Positions 9,601-18,085 of a stretch of 61,782 nucleotides of DNA are shown here, in pieces. How positions within the stretch are numbered: the stretch's first letter is position 1; every line of letters begins with the position of its first letter. The DNA is from a virus (lineage: Duplodnaviria; Caudoviricetes). Made by a program: the position numbers and the translations under genes. The notes below the pieces were generated by a model. The model did not search any database. It was not told where the DNA came from and worked only from the letters and a program-made list of their open reading frames with translations. The stretch lies in the IMG/VR virus record IMGVR_UViG_3300027896_002037, positions 1-61,782 of that record, one strand, 5' to 3'.

Positions 9601-10693
9601 TAGGATGTTAATTGAAACATCATCTGGTAGCACAGTAATAAAATTTGCAAAAGATGTAGTTGAAACAGATGGAATACCCAATAAATATGAAACATTTAAA
9701 TTGAAAGAGGACGATATTCAACATGTAGACTATAACGGCAAAGTATATTGCTTAAAAGTGAAGAATGGAATTTTTTATGTTAGAAGAAATGGGAAAGCCT
9801 GTTGGTCTGGAAATTCGATCGGAGTTGTAACAATCAATCTTCCTAGATTAGGATTTTTATCAACTACGAAAGAAGAATTTACAGAGAAATTATTAGAACT
9901 GATAGATGCTGCAAGTGAGAGTTTAGAGATCAAGAGAAAGGTTTTAGAAAATTATACAGAGCAAAATCTATATCCTTACATCAAACATTATCTTGATGCA
10001 ATATATGCAAGATCTAAACAGTATTGGATTAATCATTTTTCTACAATTGGAATTGTTGGAATGAATGAAGCATGTCTAAACTTCTTAGGAGAAGATATTA
10101 CATCTGAAAATGGAATGGCATTTTCATTAGAAGTTTGTGACATTATTAGAAATAAACTAGTTGAAATCCAAGAAACGACTGGAAACAATTATAATTTTGA
10201 AGCTACGCCAGCAGAAGGAACATCATATAGATTATCACTGATGGATAAGAAACAATATCCTGATATTATATGTGCGGACGAGGAAGCTTATGCAAGCGGT
10301 GCAGAACCATTCTATACAAACTCAACCCAATTACCTGTTAATTTTACAGATGATATATTTGAAATCTTTGATCGGCAAGATGAACTTCAGCAAAAATATA
10401 CAGGTGGAACGGTTATTCATGTTTATGTTGGTGAGAAAATACACGACTATACTATCTTAAAAAATTTAGTTAAGAAATTATGTGAACAGTATCATACTCC
10501 ATATTTTACAATAACTCCAACATTCAGCATCTGTCCAACTCATGGATATATAGCTGGAGAATATGCTGCATGTCCAACATGTGAAATGCCAACGGAAATA
10601 TATTCACGGGTAACTGGGTATATTAGACCAATCAATCAATGGAATGCTGGTAAACGGTCAGAATTTGAAAAAAGAAAAACTGTAAAAATCTAA
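6689..10693 (+). CDS. nrdD: Anaerobic (class III) ribonucleoside-triphosphate reductase with ATP cone and three inteins
   Basis: ATP cone (VQKRD...VEDIQD.VE), IHIHDL, YCVGW, RSM/CCRL, ATPAEG, YTNST, CPTHGY..CPTC, YSRVTGYIRP glycyl-radical motif; ~694 aa after removing inteins; start moved to ATG 6689 by RBS. Confidence 0.95.
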   Translation: MIVKVQKRDDSIVDYDLAKISLAIGKAGNSTKEFDKKITNSLTRKVDVIISQLNKEVISVEDIQDIVEATLLASKYKQSAKSYILYRDQHAKLRDVTTVANIDLIDHYLDKTDWQVKENSNMSYSLQGLNNYISSEITKTYWLNKVYPKNIRDLHTNGDIHIHDLNTFAVYCVGWDLHDLLIRGYGGVPGKLNSAPAKHLRTALGQAVNFLYTLQGECYSDDTEVLTDSGWKFFNDLSGDEQFITQNIETKNIELQYAIKHFKYFKDGKLINFKNNKLDLLITEDHNMLILEEDHKSEICGYDLNFIKAKDFNPNTNFIPTGPMIPTEKLELCKIDEESITYVDYTGYVYCVEVPNHTLYVRRNGKATWCGNCAGAQAFSNFDTLLAPFIRYDDLTHDEVKQAMQEFIFNLNVPTRTGFQSPFSNITMDLKVPPQFKDLPVIIGGEPQKETYSDFQEEIDIFNSVFTEVMTEGDSMGRVFTFPIPTYNITKDFDWDNKNLDGLWEMTAKYGIPYFSNFINSDMKPEDARSMAILGNQELIYKKENGHVSRCPIKNIVAGWINNKEKPNIKILMNGEFIDIIDMFEVPYENYKSYVSIELDNGYLQNFSYQHKCAVVRDDELVEVESQDIKITDKFLISRKGYEGNSLLGDHQSGKILGYYLGEGWKETNSDSRISFAININRTDIVDEINNFFTKMVCDVKIVPWEDKHIYKVTISGKHALGFVKNFIRGEKAIEKRLESSIWNTSLEFRKGLLEGLYQTDGYIPGKILTHTTNKEIIMDLIHLANSVGKILKYKVNNKNSRYFKKDKSDLVFFKSYKLYFTEYKETFELDGEEYAMIPVKSVDEHDSKANKVYNFTVNTDRHLYELPNGIITHQCCRLRLDVKTLEKRGGGLFGSNPLTGCYSSDTEVLTDEGWKLFTELNHNEKVLSRDKDTGIESWDKPSEYFEYDYVGDMIHFNKSDELDLLVTPDHRMLIETSSGSTVIKFAKDVVETDGIPNKYETFKLKEDDIQHVDYNGKVYCLKVKNGIFYVRRNGKACWSGNSIGVVTINLPRLGFLSTTKEEFTEKLLELIDAASESLEIKRKVLENYTEQNLYPYIKHYLDAIYARSKQYWINHFSTIGIVGMNEACLNFLGEDITSENGMAFSLEVCDIIRNKLVEIQETTGNNYNFEATPAEGTSYRLSLMDKKQYPDIICADEEAYASGAEPFYTNSTQLPVNFTDDIFEIFDRQDELQQKYTGGTVIHVYVGEKIHDYTILKNLVKKLCEQYHTPYFTITPTFSICPTHGYIAGEYAACPTCEMPTEIYSRVTGYIRPINQWNAGKRSEFEKRKTVKI
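7340..7804 (+). mobile_element. Mini-intein 1 in NrdD (155 aa)
   Basis: LQGE|CYSDDTEVLT...ITEDH...YVRRNGKATWCGN|CAGAQ; removal restores LQGECAGAQAF. Confidence 0.9.
8282..9313 (+). mobile_element. Intein 2 in NrdD (344 aa) with LAGLIDADG homing endonuclease; Ala1, terminal Gln
   Basis: DARSM|AILGNQ...ILGYYLGEG...GLYQTDG...VYNFTV...NGIITHQ|CCRL; removal restores RSMCCRL active-site motif. Confidence 0.88.
9392..9814 (+). mobile_element. Mini-intein 3 in NrdD (141 aa)
   Basis: NPLTG|CYSSDTEVLT...VTPDH...YVRRNGKACWSGN|SIGVVTINLPR. Confidence 0.9.
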
Positions 10694-11586
10694 TGAATAT
10701 TGAAGACTTTTGTGCGTTAAATAAATCTATAAAGTTTATAACAGATACTGATGATAAGAATATTGTTCCGGGAGGAGTTATACTTCTCCCAACAATACTC
10801 GAAGATGGAAAAGTAAACTGGAAAAAATTTGAAGAAATTATAATAGGTTCTGTTAGGTATCTAGATTCTTTTATAGATACTTATAAATTAAATCATAATA
10901 GTATTAAGTTAGGAATAAGTGGTTTAGCAGATTTATTCATGTTGTTAAATATCAGATATGGATCTATAGAATCTATATCATTAATAATTTCTATAATGAA
11001 TATCCTTGTAATGAAAGCATATGAAACATCTATAACGTTAGGAACTGAAACTATTGATTGTACAAAAAATTTAATAGATCCTAAAATTTTAAATTTTTTA
11101 CCAGTAACTGTTAAAAGTAAATATGATAAATTTGGAATCAAACATTCTAATTTAATTGGACTTGATGTTAATGATATTTCTGATACCCGATATAGTAGAG
11201 GAATTTCTCCCATAGTATATAAGGCATATAAAACTAAAGAAGATCAATATTATATACATCCAAAATTTAAAAATTTATTGATGCTTGGACAAACAAAAGA
11301 TTGGTGTGTTGATATATGGGATTTGAATATAGAGGATTATCTAAATATATATTGTATTGTAAAAAAATATTCAGATCAGCCAATGATAGATTATATACCT
11401 TTGACGAAATTAAAAAATCTTAACTTAAAATTTTATATAAAAGAACTTGGGTCAATTAAAATATTACATGACGATGAAGATATTATAAAGGTTTCGGATG
11501 GAGAGGCCTTAGAATACGTTGTGAGTAAATTGATAATAAATATTATAAAAGCAGAAGATCTTATCGATTGTAATTGCGGAGGATAA
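10693..11586 (+). CDS. Degenerate class I/II ribonucleotide reductase large-subunit C-terminal homologue
   Basis: VRYLDSFID, IKLGISGLADLF..L.IRYGS.ES, AYETSITLG, GIKHSNL, SRGISP match the NrdA/NrdJ barrel; no NPCxE motif. Confidence 0.65.
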   Translation: MNIEDFCALNKSIKFITDTDDKNIVPGGVILLPTILEDGKVNWKKFEEIIIGSVRYLDSFIDTYKLNHNSIKLGISGLADLFMLLNIRYGSIESISLIISIMNILVMKAYETSITLGTETIDCTKNLIDPKILNFLPVTVKSKYDKFGIKHSNLIGLDVNDISDTRYSRGISPIVYKAYKTKEDQYYIHPKFKNLLMLGQTKDWCVDIWDLNIEDYLNIYCIVKKYSDQPMIDYIPLTKLKNLNLKFYIKELGSIKILHDDEDIIKVSDGEALEYVVSKLIINIIKAEDLIDCNCGG

Positions 11587-11622
11587 GTTATACTGGTAGA
11601 TATAGTTTTTTTATTTTCTACT

Positions 11623-11637
11623 CAACAAAATAAAAAT
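11623..11637 (+). promoter_or_regulatory. Putative phage promoter motif SAACAAAAT(W)WAAAAT
   Basis: CAACAAAATAAAAAT; related copies at 15047 and 23315, each just upstream of an RBS. Confidence 0.4.
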
Positions 11638-11648
11638 GGGAGAATAGT

Positions 11649-11855
11649 ATGGCGCTGATCTTAAATGAATATGAAGCATGTCCCCATGCATATAGATGTT
11701 CACATTTTAATAATGGTTCTGTAACATGCCAAGGAGCTAATAAATATAGAAGAACTCGATTCCATTGTAGTTTTTTTAAAGATAATATTATAGACGAAAG
11801 TAAATTCAGAAATTCACATGATGAAACTGGACAGATGAAGTTGTTATTGGAGTAA
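11649..11855 (+). CDS. Small Cys-rich hypothetical protein
   Basis: 68 aa, CP....C...C...C, GGAG RBS. Confidence 0.6.
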   Translation: MALILNEYEACPHAYRCSHFNNGSVTCQGANKYRRTRFHCSFFKDNIIDESKFRNSHDETGQMKLLLE

Positions 11856-11859
11856 ACAT

Positions 11860-12210
11860 ATGTTTGGAAATATTGAAGAATTAATAAACGAATATAGGGA
11901 ACAGAGATTAGCTTTAAAGAAAATGATTTCCGATTTAGAGGAACTGAAAACTCTTGTGATGAAGTTGTTTCCGGATAAGCTAGATACTAGAAATCTAAGA
12001 TTTTTAGAAGAAAAAATAAAAGCAACAACCGATTTATATAAAGCTTTATTAGATATTAGAAAAGAATTGGGTAAAAATATAAAAGATGAAATTGATATTA
12101 GAAAGGTATTAAAAGATCCCAGCGAAACTGAAGACGAATGTAATATGAAAAATATTGCAGAACTGGCGAAGAAAGTGCAGCAATTAATTAAATCAGATAC
12201 CGATAAATAA
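11860..12210 (+). CDS. Coiled-coil hypothetical protein (weakly reminiscent of T4-type small terminase)
   Basis: 116 aa helical ORF with GGAG RBS; function is a guess. Confidence 0.4.
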   Translation: MFGNIEELINEYREQRLALKKMISDLEELKTLVMKLFPDKLDTRNLRFLEEKIKATTDLYKALLDIRKELGKNIKDEIDIRKVLKDPSETEDECNMKNIAELAKKVQQLIKSDTDK

Positions 12211-12223
12211 CATCAAATATAAT

Positions 12224-12263
12224 ATCCTCCATGACGGGGATTTAAACAAATGTAATGGAGGAT
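12224..12263 (+). promoter_or_regulatory. Hairpin sequestering the Shine-Dalgarno of the transporter gene
   Basis: ATCCTCCAT (12224-12232) pairs with ATGGAGGAT (12255-12263), which contains GGAGG upstream of ATG 12272. Confidence 0.55.
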
Positions 12264-12271
12264 TTGGTATA

Positions 12272-13567
12272 ATGTTATCCAAAATAAAAAATTGGGCTTG
12301 GTACAAGAAATTAATATTATTTTTATCTGTAATGGGTCCTGGCATCATAGTTATGATGGCAGATAATGATGCCGGTGGAATTTCAACATATGCAGTTACC
12401 GGATCAAAATATGGATTTTCATTGTTATGGATTTTTTTATTATTATTTCCAATAGCATATTATGTTCAAGAGATGACTATTAGATTGGGAGCTGTAACTA
12501 AAAGGGGACATGCAGAAGCAATTTTTGATGCATTTGGTTCTTTTTGGGGATGGTTCTCTTTAATAGATTTAAGTATAGTTAACTGGTTGACACTGATTAC
12601 TGAATATATTGGTATGATAGCTGCTATGTCTATTTTTGGAATTCCTCCAATTATAACATACATATTTGTTACATCTGTATTATTTAGTATAGTCTGGTAT
12701 GGAAAATATTGGACTTTTGAAAAAATAACATTATTCTTTTGTGTTTTTAATTTAGTATATATCCCAGTTACCTTTTGGGCCATGGACTCCCCAACTGCTC
12801 CTGGATGGTCTGCAGTGTTCGAGGGATTTTATAACATCACTGGGTGTGGAAAGTTCACTCAAGACCTCATATTCATCATTATGGCGAATATAGGGACGAC
12901 TATCGCACCATGGATGTTATTCTTTCAGCAGAGTGCCGTAGTAGATAAAAAAATAGATATTAAAGATATACACAATGCAAAACTAGAAACTTTAATAGGA
13001 TCTTTCTTAACATGTTTTATTGCTGTATTTATTATTATAGCAACTGGAGCAGCATTTTATTTTAGAATACCACAGATCATTATACAAGATGCAAGACAGA
13101 CGGCTGATGTATTAGTAACATTGTTACCGCATCATGGAAATTTAGCTAGACACTTATTTGCAATCGGACTATTTGATGCTGGATTCTTGGGAGCAATCTG
13201 TATATCATTATCAAGTTCCTGGGCAGTTGGTGAAGTTTTTGGGTGGAGTCATTCACTTGATCATAAACTGAAAGAAGCTCCCCATTTTTACATAATATAT
13301 TTAACGATGTTATTAACCTCTGGAGCGGTTGTATTAATACCTCATGCTCCGCTTGTTATGATTACAATGTTTGTACAGGTTACAGCTGTCACCATCTTAC
13401 CACCATCTTTAGTATTCTTGATATTATTATTAAATGACAAATCATTAATGGGAACATATGTTAATACCAAAACTCAAAATGTAATTAATTGGACAATTAT
13501 TATATTCATAATCATCATGTCAAGTATAATGGGCTTACAAACACTATTCCCCGGATTTTTTAAATAG
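12272..13567 (+). CDS. NRAMP-family divalent cation transporter (NRAMP-related Mg2+/Mn2+ type)
   Basis: GPGIIVMMADNDAGGISTY, QEM..RLG.VT..G, ANIGTTIAPWMLFFQQS, many TM segments. Confidence 0.88.
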   Translation: MLSKIKNWAWYKKLILFLSVMGPGIIVMMADNDAGGISTYAVTGSKYGFSLLWIFLLLFPIAYYVQEMTIRLGAVTKRGHAEAIFDAFGSFWGWFSLIDLSIVNWLTLITEYIGMIAAMSIFGIPPIITYIFVTSVLFSIVWYGKYWTFEKITLFFCVFNLVYIPVTFWAMDSPTAPGWSAVFEGFYNITGCGKFTQDLIFIIMANIGTTIAPWMLFFQQSAVVDKKIDIKDIHNAKLETLIGSFLTCFIAVFIIIATGAAFYFRIPQIIIQDARQTADVLVTLLPHHGNLARHLFAIGLFDAGFLGAICISLSSSWAVGEVFGWSHSLDHKLKEAPHFYIIYLTMLLTSGAVVLIPHAPLVMITMFVQVTAVTILPPSLVFLILLLNDKSLMGTYVNTKTQNVINWTIIIFIIIMSSIMGLQTLFPGFFK

Positions 13568-13578
13568 GAAGACAAATC

Positions 13579-13689
13579 ATGGCTAGAATAAAATTAAGTC
13601 TTACGCTTAGAATAATATTATTACTTTTAAGAATTTATTTAATATCAATGGTGGGATTGATTCTATACAAATTTTGTATTGGACTTTGA
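13579..13689 (+). CDS. Small single-TM membrane protein (36 aa)
   Basis: MARIKLSLTLRIILLLLRIYLISMVGLILYKFCIGL*, AGGA RBS, directly after the transporter; below ORF-track cutoff. Confidence 0.6.
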   Translation: MARIKLSLTLRIILLLLRIYLISMVGLILYKFCIGL

Positions 13690-13691
13690 AC

Positions 13692-13720
13692 TTGCATCAT
13701 CGATAAAAATGTGCTAATAA
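13692..13720 (+). promoter_or_regulatory. sigma70-like promoter upstream of recA (TTGCAT-17-TAATAA, TGn)
   Basis: TTGCAT 13692-13697, spacer ends TGC, TAATAA 13715-13720. Confidence 0.35.
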
Positions 13721-13745
13721 GAAAATAAAAATTAGGAGATTTTAG

Positions 13746-15047
13746 ATGTTAGATGATATAGAATTAGAAGGCGAAGATTTAAACGCTGAAGATTCATCTT
13801 TTAAAGTTGATGATTCTGAAGTACACGATGCTATAAAAAATTTAGAAATTTCTATTACAGAAGAAGATAAGATTAAATATGCTCCAAAAAAGAAAGGACC
13901 AAAAGCAAAGAGGGCAATCCCATCAGAAAAAGAATTAGCGTCGATGTCAGATGATGAAGTATTAGAATCTGCTGAAACCTCACCAGAAGATCAGATTAAA
14001 CGTTTATATTCAGAATTTAATTCTTTTCTAGTAGATAAAACTTCAATTAAAGAAGATACTGGAATTAAGGTAACAATACCAACATCCATTGATATATTAG
14101 ATGCTGTATTGGGTGGGGGTTTTGCTATCGGAACATTGGCACAGATTGTCGGTCAATCCGGCGGCGGTAAATCAATGTTAGCAATGCAATTCCTAGGATC
14201 TGCACAGAGACATTTTAACGGCGATATCATAATAGGATGTTTAGATTCAGAAGAATCGATTACAACTATAAGATTGAGTAATCTTGGAGTAAAGTACCCC
14301 AAAATTAGACCATACAATGACATGACAGTAGAGAAGGTCTTTAAGTATGTTGAAGGACTTTGTTTATACAAAGAAATGAAAAATATGGTTAATAAACCAT
14401 CAGTAATACTTTGGGATTCGGTCGCAAACACCCAGACTATGAAAGAACGAGAAGTTGATGATCCAAATGCATTAATAGGTTATCGTGGTAGATTACTATC
14501 ACTATTAATTCCAAAGTATGTATCTAAAATTTCTCATTATAATATATCATTGATTTGTATAAATCAGCTACGTGATGCGGTACAAATTGGGCCGATGACT
14601 CATGCCAGAGATCTTAATTTTATGCAAAATGGAAAAAACATTCCAGGTGGAAATGCTCTTAGATTTAATTCATTTCATCTTTTGAATATGAAGGTTGATG
14701 GTGGAGCAACAAATAAACTTCCTGAAAAACTTGGGATTGATGGAATTGTTGTCGAGGTAAAAGCTGTTAAAAATAAATTATTTTCTCCCAATATTCCAGT
14801 AACATTAGTAGGAAGTTTTGTTACCGGATTCAGCAATTTCTGGACAAGCTATTCATTCTTAGTAGATAACGGTTATATTAACCCCGGTGCATGGAATACT
14901 TTTGCAGGATTTCCAGATGTTAAATGGCGAACTAAAGAATCTGAAAAACAGTATAAAGAAGATCCTAGGTTTAAAGAAGTATTTGATAATACTGTTAAAA
15001 GTGCAATACAGAAAGAAATTATAGAACCAAATAGCGTTGAAGATTAG
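13746..15047 (+). CDS. recA: RecA/UvsX-like recombinase with acidic N-terminal extension
   Basis: LDAVLGGG, GQSGGGKS Walker A, DSE, ILWDSVA, INQLRD, PGGNALRF. Confidence 0.9.
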   Translation: MLDDIELEGEDLNAEDSSFKVDDSEVHDAIKNLEISITEEDKIKYAPKKKGPKAKRAIPSEKELASMSDDEVLESAETSPEDQIKRLYSEFNSFLVDKTSIKEDTGIKVTIPTSIDILDAVLGGGFAIGTLAQIVGQSGGGKSMLAMQFLGSAQRHFNGDIIIGCLDSEESITTIRLSNLGVKYPKIRPYNDMTVEKVFKYVEGLCLYKEMKNMVNKPSVILWDSVANTQTMKEREVDDPNALIGYRGRLLSLLIPKYVSKISHYNISLICINQLRDAVQIGPMTHARDLNFMQNGKNIPGGNALRFNSFHLLNMKVDGGATNKLPEKLGIDGIVVEVKAVKNKLFSPNIPVTLVGSFVTGFSNFWTSYSFLVDNGYINPGAWNTFAGFPDVKWRTKESEKQYKEDPRFKEVFDNTVKSAIQKEIIEPNSVED

Positions 15048-15061
15048 AACAAAATTAAAAT
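15047..15061 (+). promoter_or_regulatory. Putative phage promoter motif SAACAAAAT(W)WAAAAT
   Basis: GAACAAAATTAAAAT upstream of khpA RBS. Confidence 0.4.
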
Positions 15062-15088
15062 ATATCACTATTTTGGAGATCGACTGTA

Positions 15089-15358
15089 ATGGTAATGGGA
15101 ATATCTGAATTTATGAAATCTTTTGTGGAAGATATCGTCTCCAACTTAGTCGATTTAAAAAATGAAGTATTGATTATAACGTCGATTACGACTAAATTAG
15201 TTCTTATACAAATAAAAACTGATAAGCGTGATATCGGTAAAATAATTGGTAAAAGTGGTAGAACAATAAATGCTATAAAGATTATATGTTTGGCTGCTAA
15301 AAATACAAAATTTCCAGAAGATCCAAAAGGTGTCTCTGTAGAGGTTCTTGAGGATTAA
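15089..15358 (+). CDS. khpA: KH-domain RNA-binding protein (KhpA/YlqC family)
   Basis: FVE.IV..LVD, DIGKIIGKSGRTINAI GxxG motif, terminal VEVLE. Confidence 0.85.
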   Translation: MVMGISEFMKSFVEDIVSNLVDLKNEVLIITSITTKLVLIQIKTDKRDIGKIIGKSGRTINAIKIICLAAKNTKFPEDPKGVSVEVLED

Positions 15359-15408
15359 GATGGATCGAAAAAATATTTTATTAGATTAAAAAATGGAGAT
15401 TAAAAGTT

Positions 15409-15960
15409 ATGAATACTCAGTCTAAAGTTAGAGTTTTAGAAAATTATCATGCATTAGATCTAGCTATTTTTGGAAAGGGTTATGAAACAGTTAATGTATG
15501 TTGCCCAATTCTAAAAGAAGAATATGTGCGTGCTAAAGGCGCTCTTATTTCTTGTACAATTGATCTATATAAGCATGTTGAATTAACGCCAACAGCAGTA
15601 TCAGAAGCCATAACATCTGCTGGTATTCAGAGTAATGCACGAACAATTGCTAAAGCTGCTCGCCAAAATTCTAAGAATCGAATTCTATCAGAAACAACAA
15701 AGAAAGAAATTCGTACTGCAATACAAGAATCTTTTACAAATTCAAAAACTAAGAAACGTTCAGACATTAAAAATATCATCGAATCAGAAATTAAGAAAAT
15801 TGGATTTTCTAAGGTTATTGATGAAATTTTAATTAGAACTATTTTAGCTGAAGCTAACACAGATTCTTTAAAAAATAAAAAGGGCGTTCTTATTGTAAAG
15901 GCATATAAAGCTTTACGTGAAAATTTTATAAAAAGTGCAATGACTATGTTGGAGTCGTAA
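15409..15960 (+). CDS. Hypothetical protein, possible head-internal protein
   Basis: 183 aa helical ORF with several hydrophobic-x-E/LE(S/N/A) sites. Confidence 0.5.
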   Translation: MNTQSKVRVLENYHALDLAIFGKGYETVNVCCPILKEEYVRAKGALISCTIDLYKHVELTPTAVSEAITSAGIQSNARTIAKAARQNSKNRILSETTKKEIRTAIQESFTNSKTKKRSDIKNIIESEIKKIGFSKVIDEILIRTILAEANTDSLKNKKGVLIVKAYKALRENFIKSAMTMLES

Positions 15961-16905
15961 TTGCCCGATACTGATTTTACTGAACTTTTAGACTATCTCG
16001 TTAAGACAAAAGATCTTATTGAAAATAAGACAACCCCTGAAAAATTGGGGTTGTCTGAAGTCAATTCATTACAAACAGAGTCGCCGTCCAATACGACTTC
16101 GGATTATAATAAAGATATTTTTATAGAACCAAAATCTTTAATCTCGTCGTCTGTTGGGTTTGATAATATAAAATTTAAAAAATTAATTCGTAACAATCAA
16201 ATACAAAAATTTAAAGATAGACAGGAATATGAAAAACCATATACATCTGTTACTGAATTATTAAATTGTGTTAGATATAATTATTATTATAGAGTCAAAA
16301 GTAATATTAATTATGATAACTATTTTAAATTTGTATATTTAGATTTTTATGCTCTGCTTGGAATTGAGATTCATGAATTAGTCCAGAATATTTATAATTT
16401 TGGAGAAATAAAAAAATCATTATATAGTAAAGTTTATGATGTTAAGGGAGAAGTTGACGCAATTAATTCTCCATTTTTATATGAATTTAAAACAGTTGAT
16501 GAAAAAGCTTTATTCCGGTTGGATTATCGAAATAAAGATTATATGCAGGGAAATATATATGCTCATATATTAAATTCTGAATATGGATATTCATTGGATA
16601 CAATTACTCTCGTATATTTTTTTAGAGATAATCTAAAAAGAGATCCATATGCAATAGACTTAAAATATAATCCTGATTTGGCAATTCCGTTTTTAAAACG
16701 TTCTCATATATTATTGGAACATTTAAATAATAAAAAGTTTCCTGATAAGATAGGATCAAGTGAAGAAATTTGCAGATATTGTGTATATAAAGAAATCTGT
16801 AAACTAGATACTGAAAAAAAAGATAATTTAAAACTAGAAGAATTGGTTTCTGAAAAGGAAACTAAAAATAAAACATTAAAAACAAATACGTCTTTCAAAA
16901 TATAG
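15961..16905 (+). CDS. Cas4-like PD-(D/E)XK exonuclease
   Basis: SVTELLNC.R, G.EIH, GEVDAI..YEFKT, Q...YA, CRYCVYKEIC (1+3 Cys Fe-S pattern). Confidence 0.8.
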   Translation: MPDTDFTELLDYLVKTKDLIENKTTPEKLGLSEVNSLQTESPSNTTSDYNKDIFIEPKSLISSSVGFDNIKFKKLIRNNQIQKFKDRQEYEKPYTSVTELLNCVRYNYYYRVKSNINYDNYFKFVYLDFYALLGIEIHELVQNIYNFGEIKKSLYSKVYDVKGEVDAINSPFLYEFKTVDEKALFRLDYRNKDYMQGNIYAHILNSEYGYSLDTITLVYFFRDNLKRDPYAIDLKYNPDLAIPFLKRSHILLEHLNNKKFPDKIGSSEEICRYCVYKEICKLDTEKKDNLKLEELVSEKETKNKTLKTNTSFKI

Positions 16906-16921
16906 GCAATGGAGAATAAAC

Positions 16922-18085
16922 ATGATAGTTATCTTCCCACTACTAATGGATAATACAATTTCATCAAATATAATTCCTGGAATTTGTGCAACACTAGAGA
17001 GATTTCTTATAGTATATAAATCTGATGAGATAATGAAAATTGGGGGATTGTCACCAGTTGCAACGGCGGCAGGAGTCGCACGTGGAACAGCAGAGATACT
17101 GGTCACAGCATCAATGGCAGCGCTTGGCCAAATCATTGTTAAAAAGTATCTTCCAAAAACATTTGGAGAAAATAAAGAAACATTACCACATCAAGATTTA
17201 TTTATTTCCAATATGTTAGTAGAGATACAAGAGGATAAGAAAAATTTTGTAAACACATATAATATATTAGAAGATTTCTATGATATGTATCCAGAAACTT
17301 CTAAAACAAAACCAACTCCTGAAAAGGAAAAAACTGCTATGAAGAGCGACATATCATTCTCAGATGTGTTGAAAACTAAAACAAATTTGGAAGTTAAAAC
17401 TGGAAAATTAGATTTAAATACAACATTATCATTAGAGCCCACATATATAACGATCTCTGGAAAATGGGGAACTGAAGTGATAGGTGTAAAAGTAATCCCG
17501 GTTCCAGTCGACCCCAAACCGTTTGTTAAACAGTTAATGATCGATCGTTCTGGAGATCACACTGAAACATTTTTAGGACCAATACAAAGAAAAATGACTA
17601 GAATTTTTCGTGGATTTATGGGAAGATTCAAATCAAATAAAAATTTAAAAGCAGATCCTTTTGAAGATATAATATATGCAACATCTAAGTATGGAAGTAA
17701 CGTTTTCTGTCTATTAAATTTGGCATCCCTATCTTCAGATAAGATGTTAAAAGATATGGACAGTATGGATAATATTTTTAAAATGGGATGGAATTCTGTA
17801 ATTGTAGCAGATGATATTAGTAAACGTGCATATTTTTGTATGAAAGAATTCGGTGGAATATGCTCATCTATTAATTATTCATATATGATGACATCGTTAA
17901 ATGATAAGTTTGAGAAAAGTTTTGAAAAATTAGAAGATCTAAAAAAGAGTTCCAGCATTTATTTTAGAGCTAATTCAAAACGACCATCTCAGATATTAGG
18001 CGAATCAGTTGTCAAATCATATTTGGATAAATTTAAAAATATTGGAATCCCATGTTTAACTGGCGAATGTGACGACGAGGACTAA
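16922..18085 (+). CDS. Hypothetical protein, possibly virion-associated
   Basis: 387 aa ORF, GGAG RBS. Confidence 0.55.
   Translation: MIVIFPLLMDNTISSNIIPGICATLERFLIVYKSDEIMKIGGLSPVATAAGVARGTAEILVTASMAALGQIIVKKYLPKTFGENKETLPHQDLFISNMLVEIQEDKKNFVNTYNILEDFYDMYPETSKTKPTPEKEKTAMKSDISFSDVLKTKTNLEVKTGKLDLNTTLSLEPTYITISGKWGTEVIGVKVIPVPVDPKPFVKQLMIDRSGDHTETFLGPIQRKMTRIFRGFMGRFKSNKNLKADPFEDIIYATSKYGSNVFCLLNLASLSSDKMLKDMDSMDNIFKMGWNSVIVADDISKRAYFCMKEFGGICSSINYSYMMTSLNDKFEKSFEKLEDLKKSSSIYFRANSKRPSQILGESVVKSYLDKFKNIGIPCLTGECDDED

Noticed and set aside
15961-16905. Possible CRISPR-Cas locus around the Cas4-like gene
   Set aside because: No cas1/cas2 or repeat-spacer array seen; solo Cas4-like nucleases are common in phages
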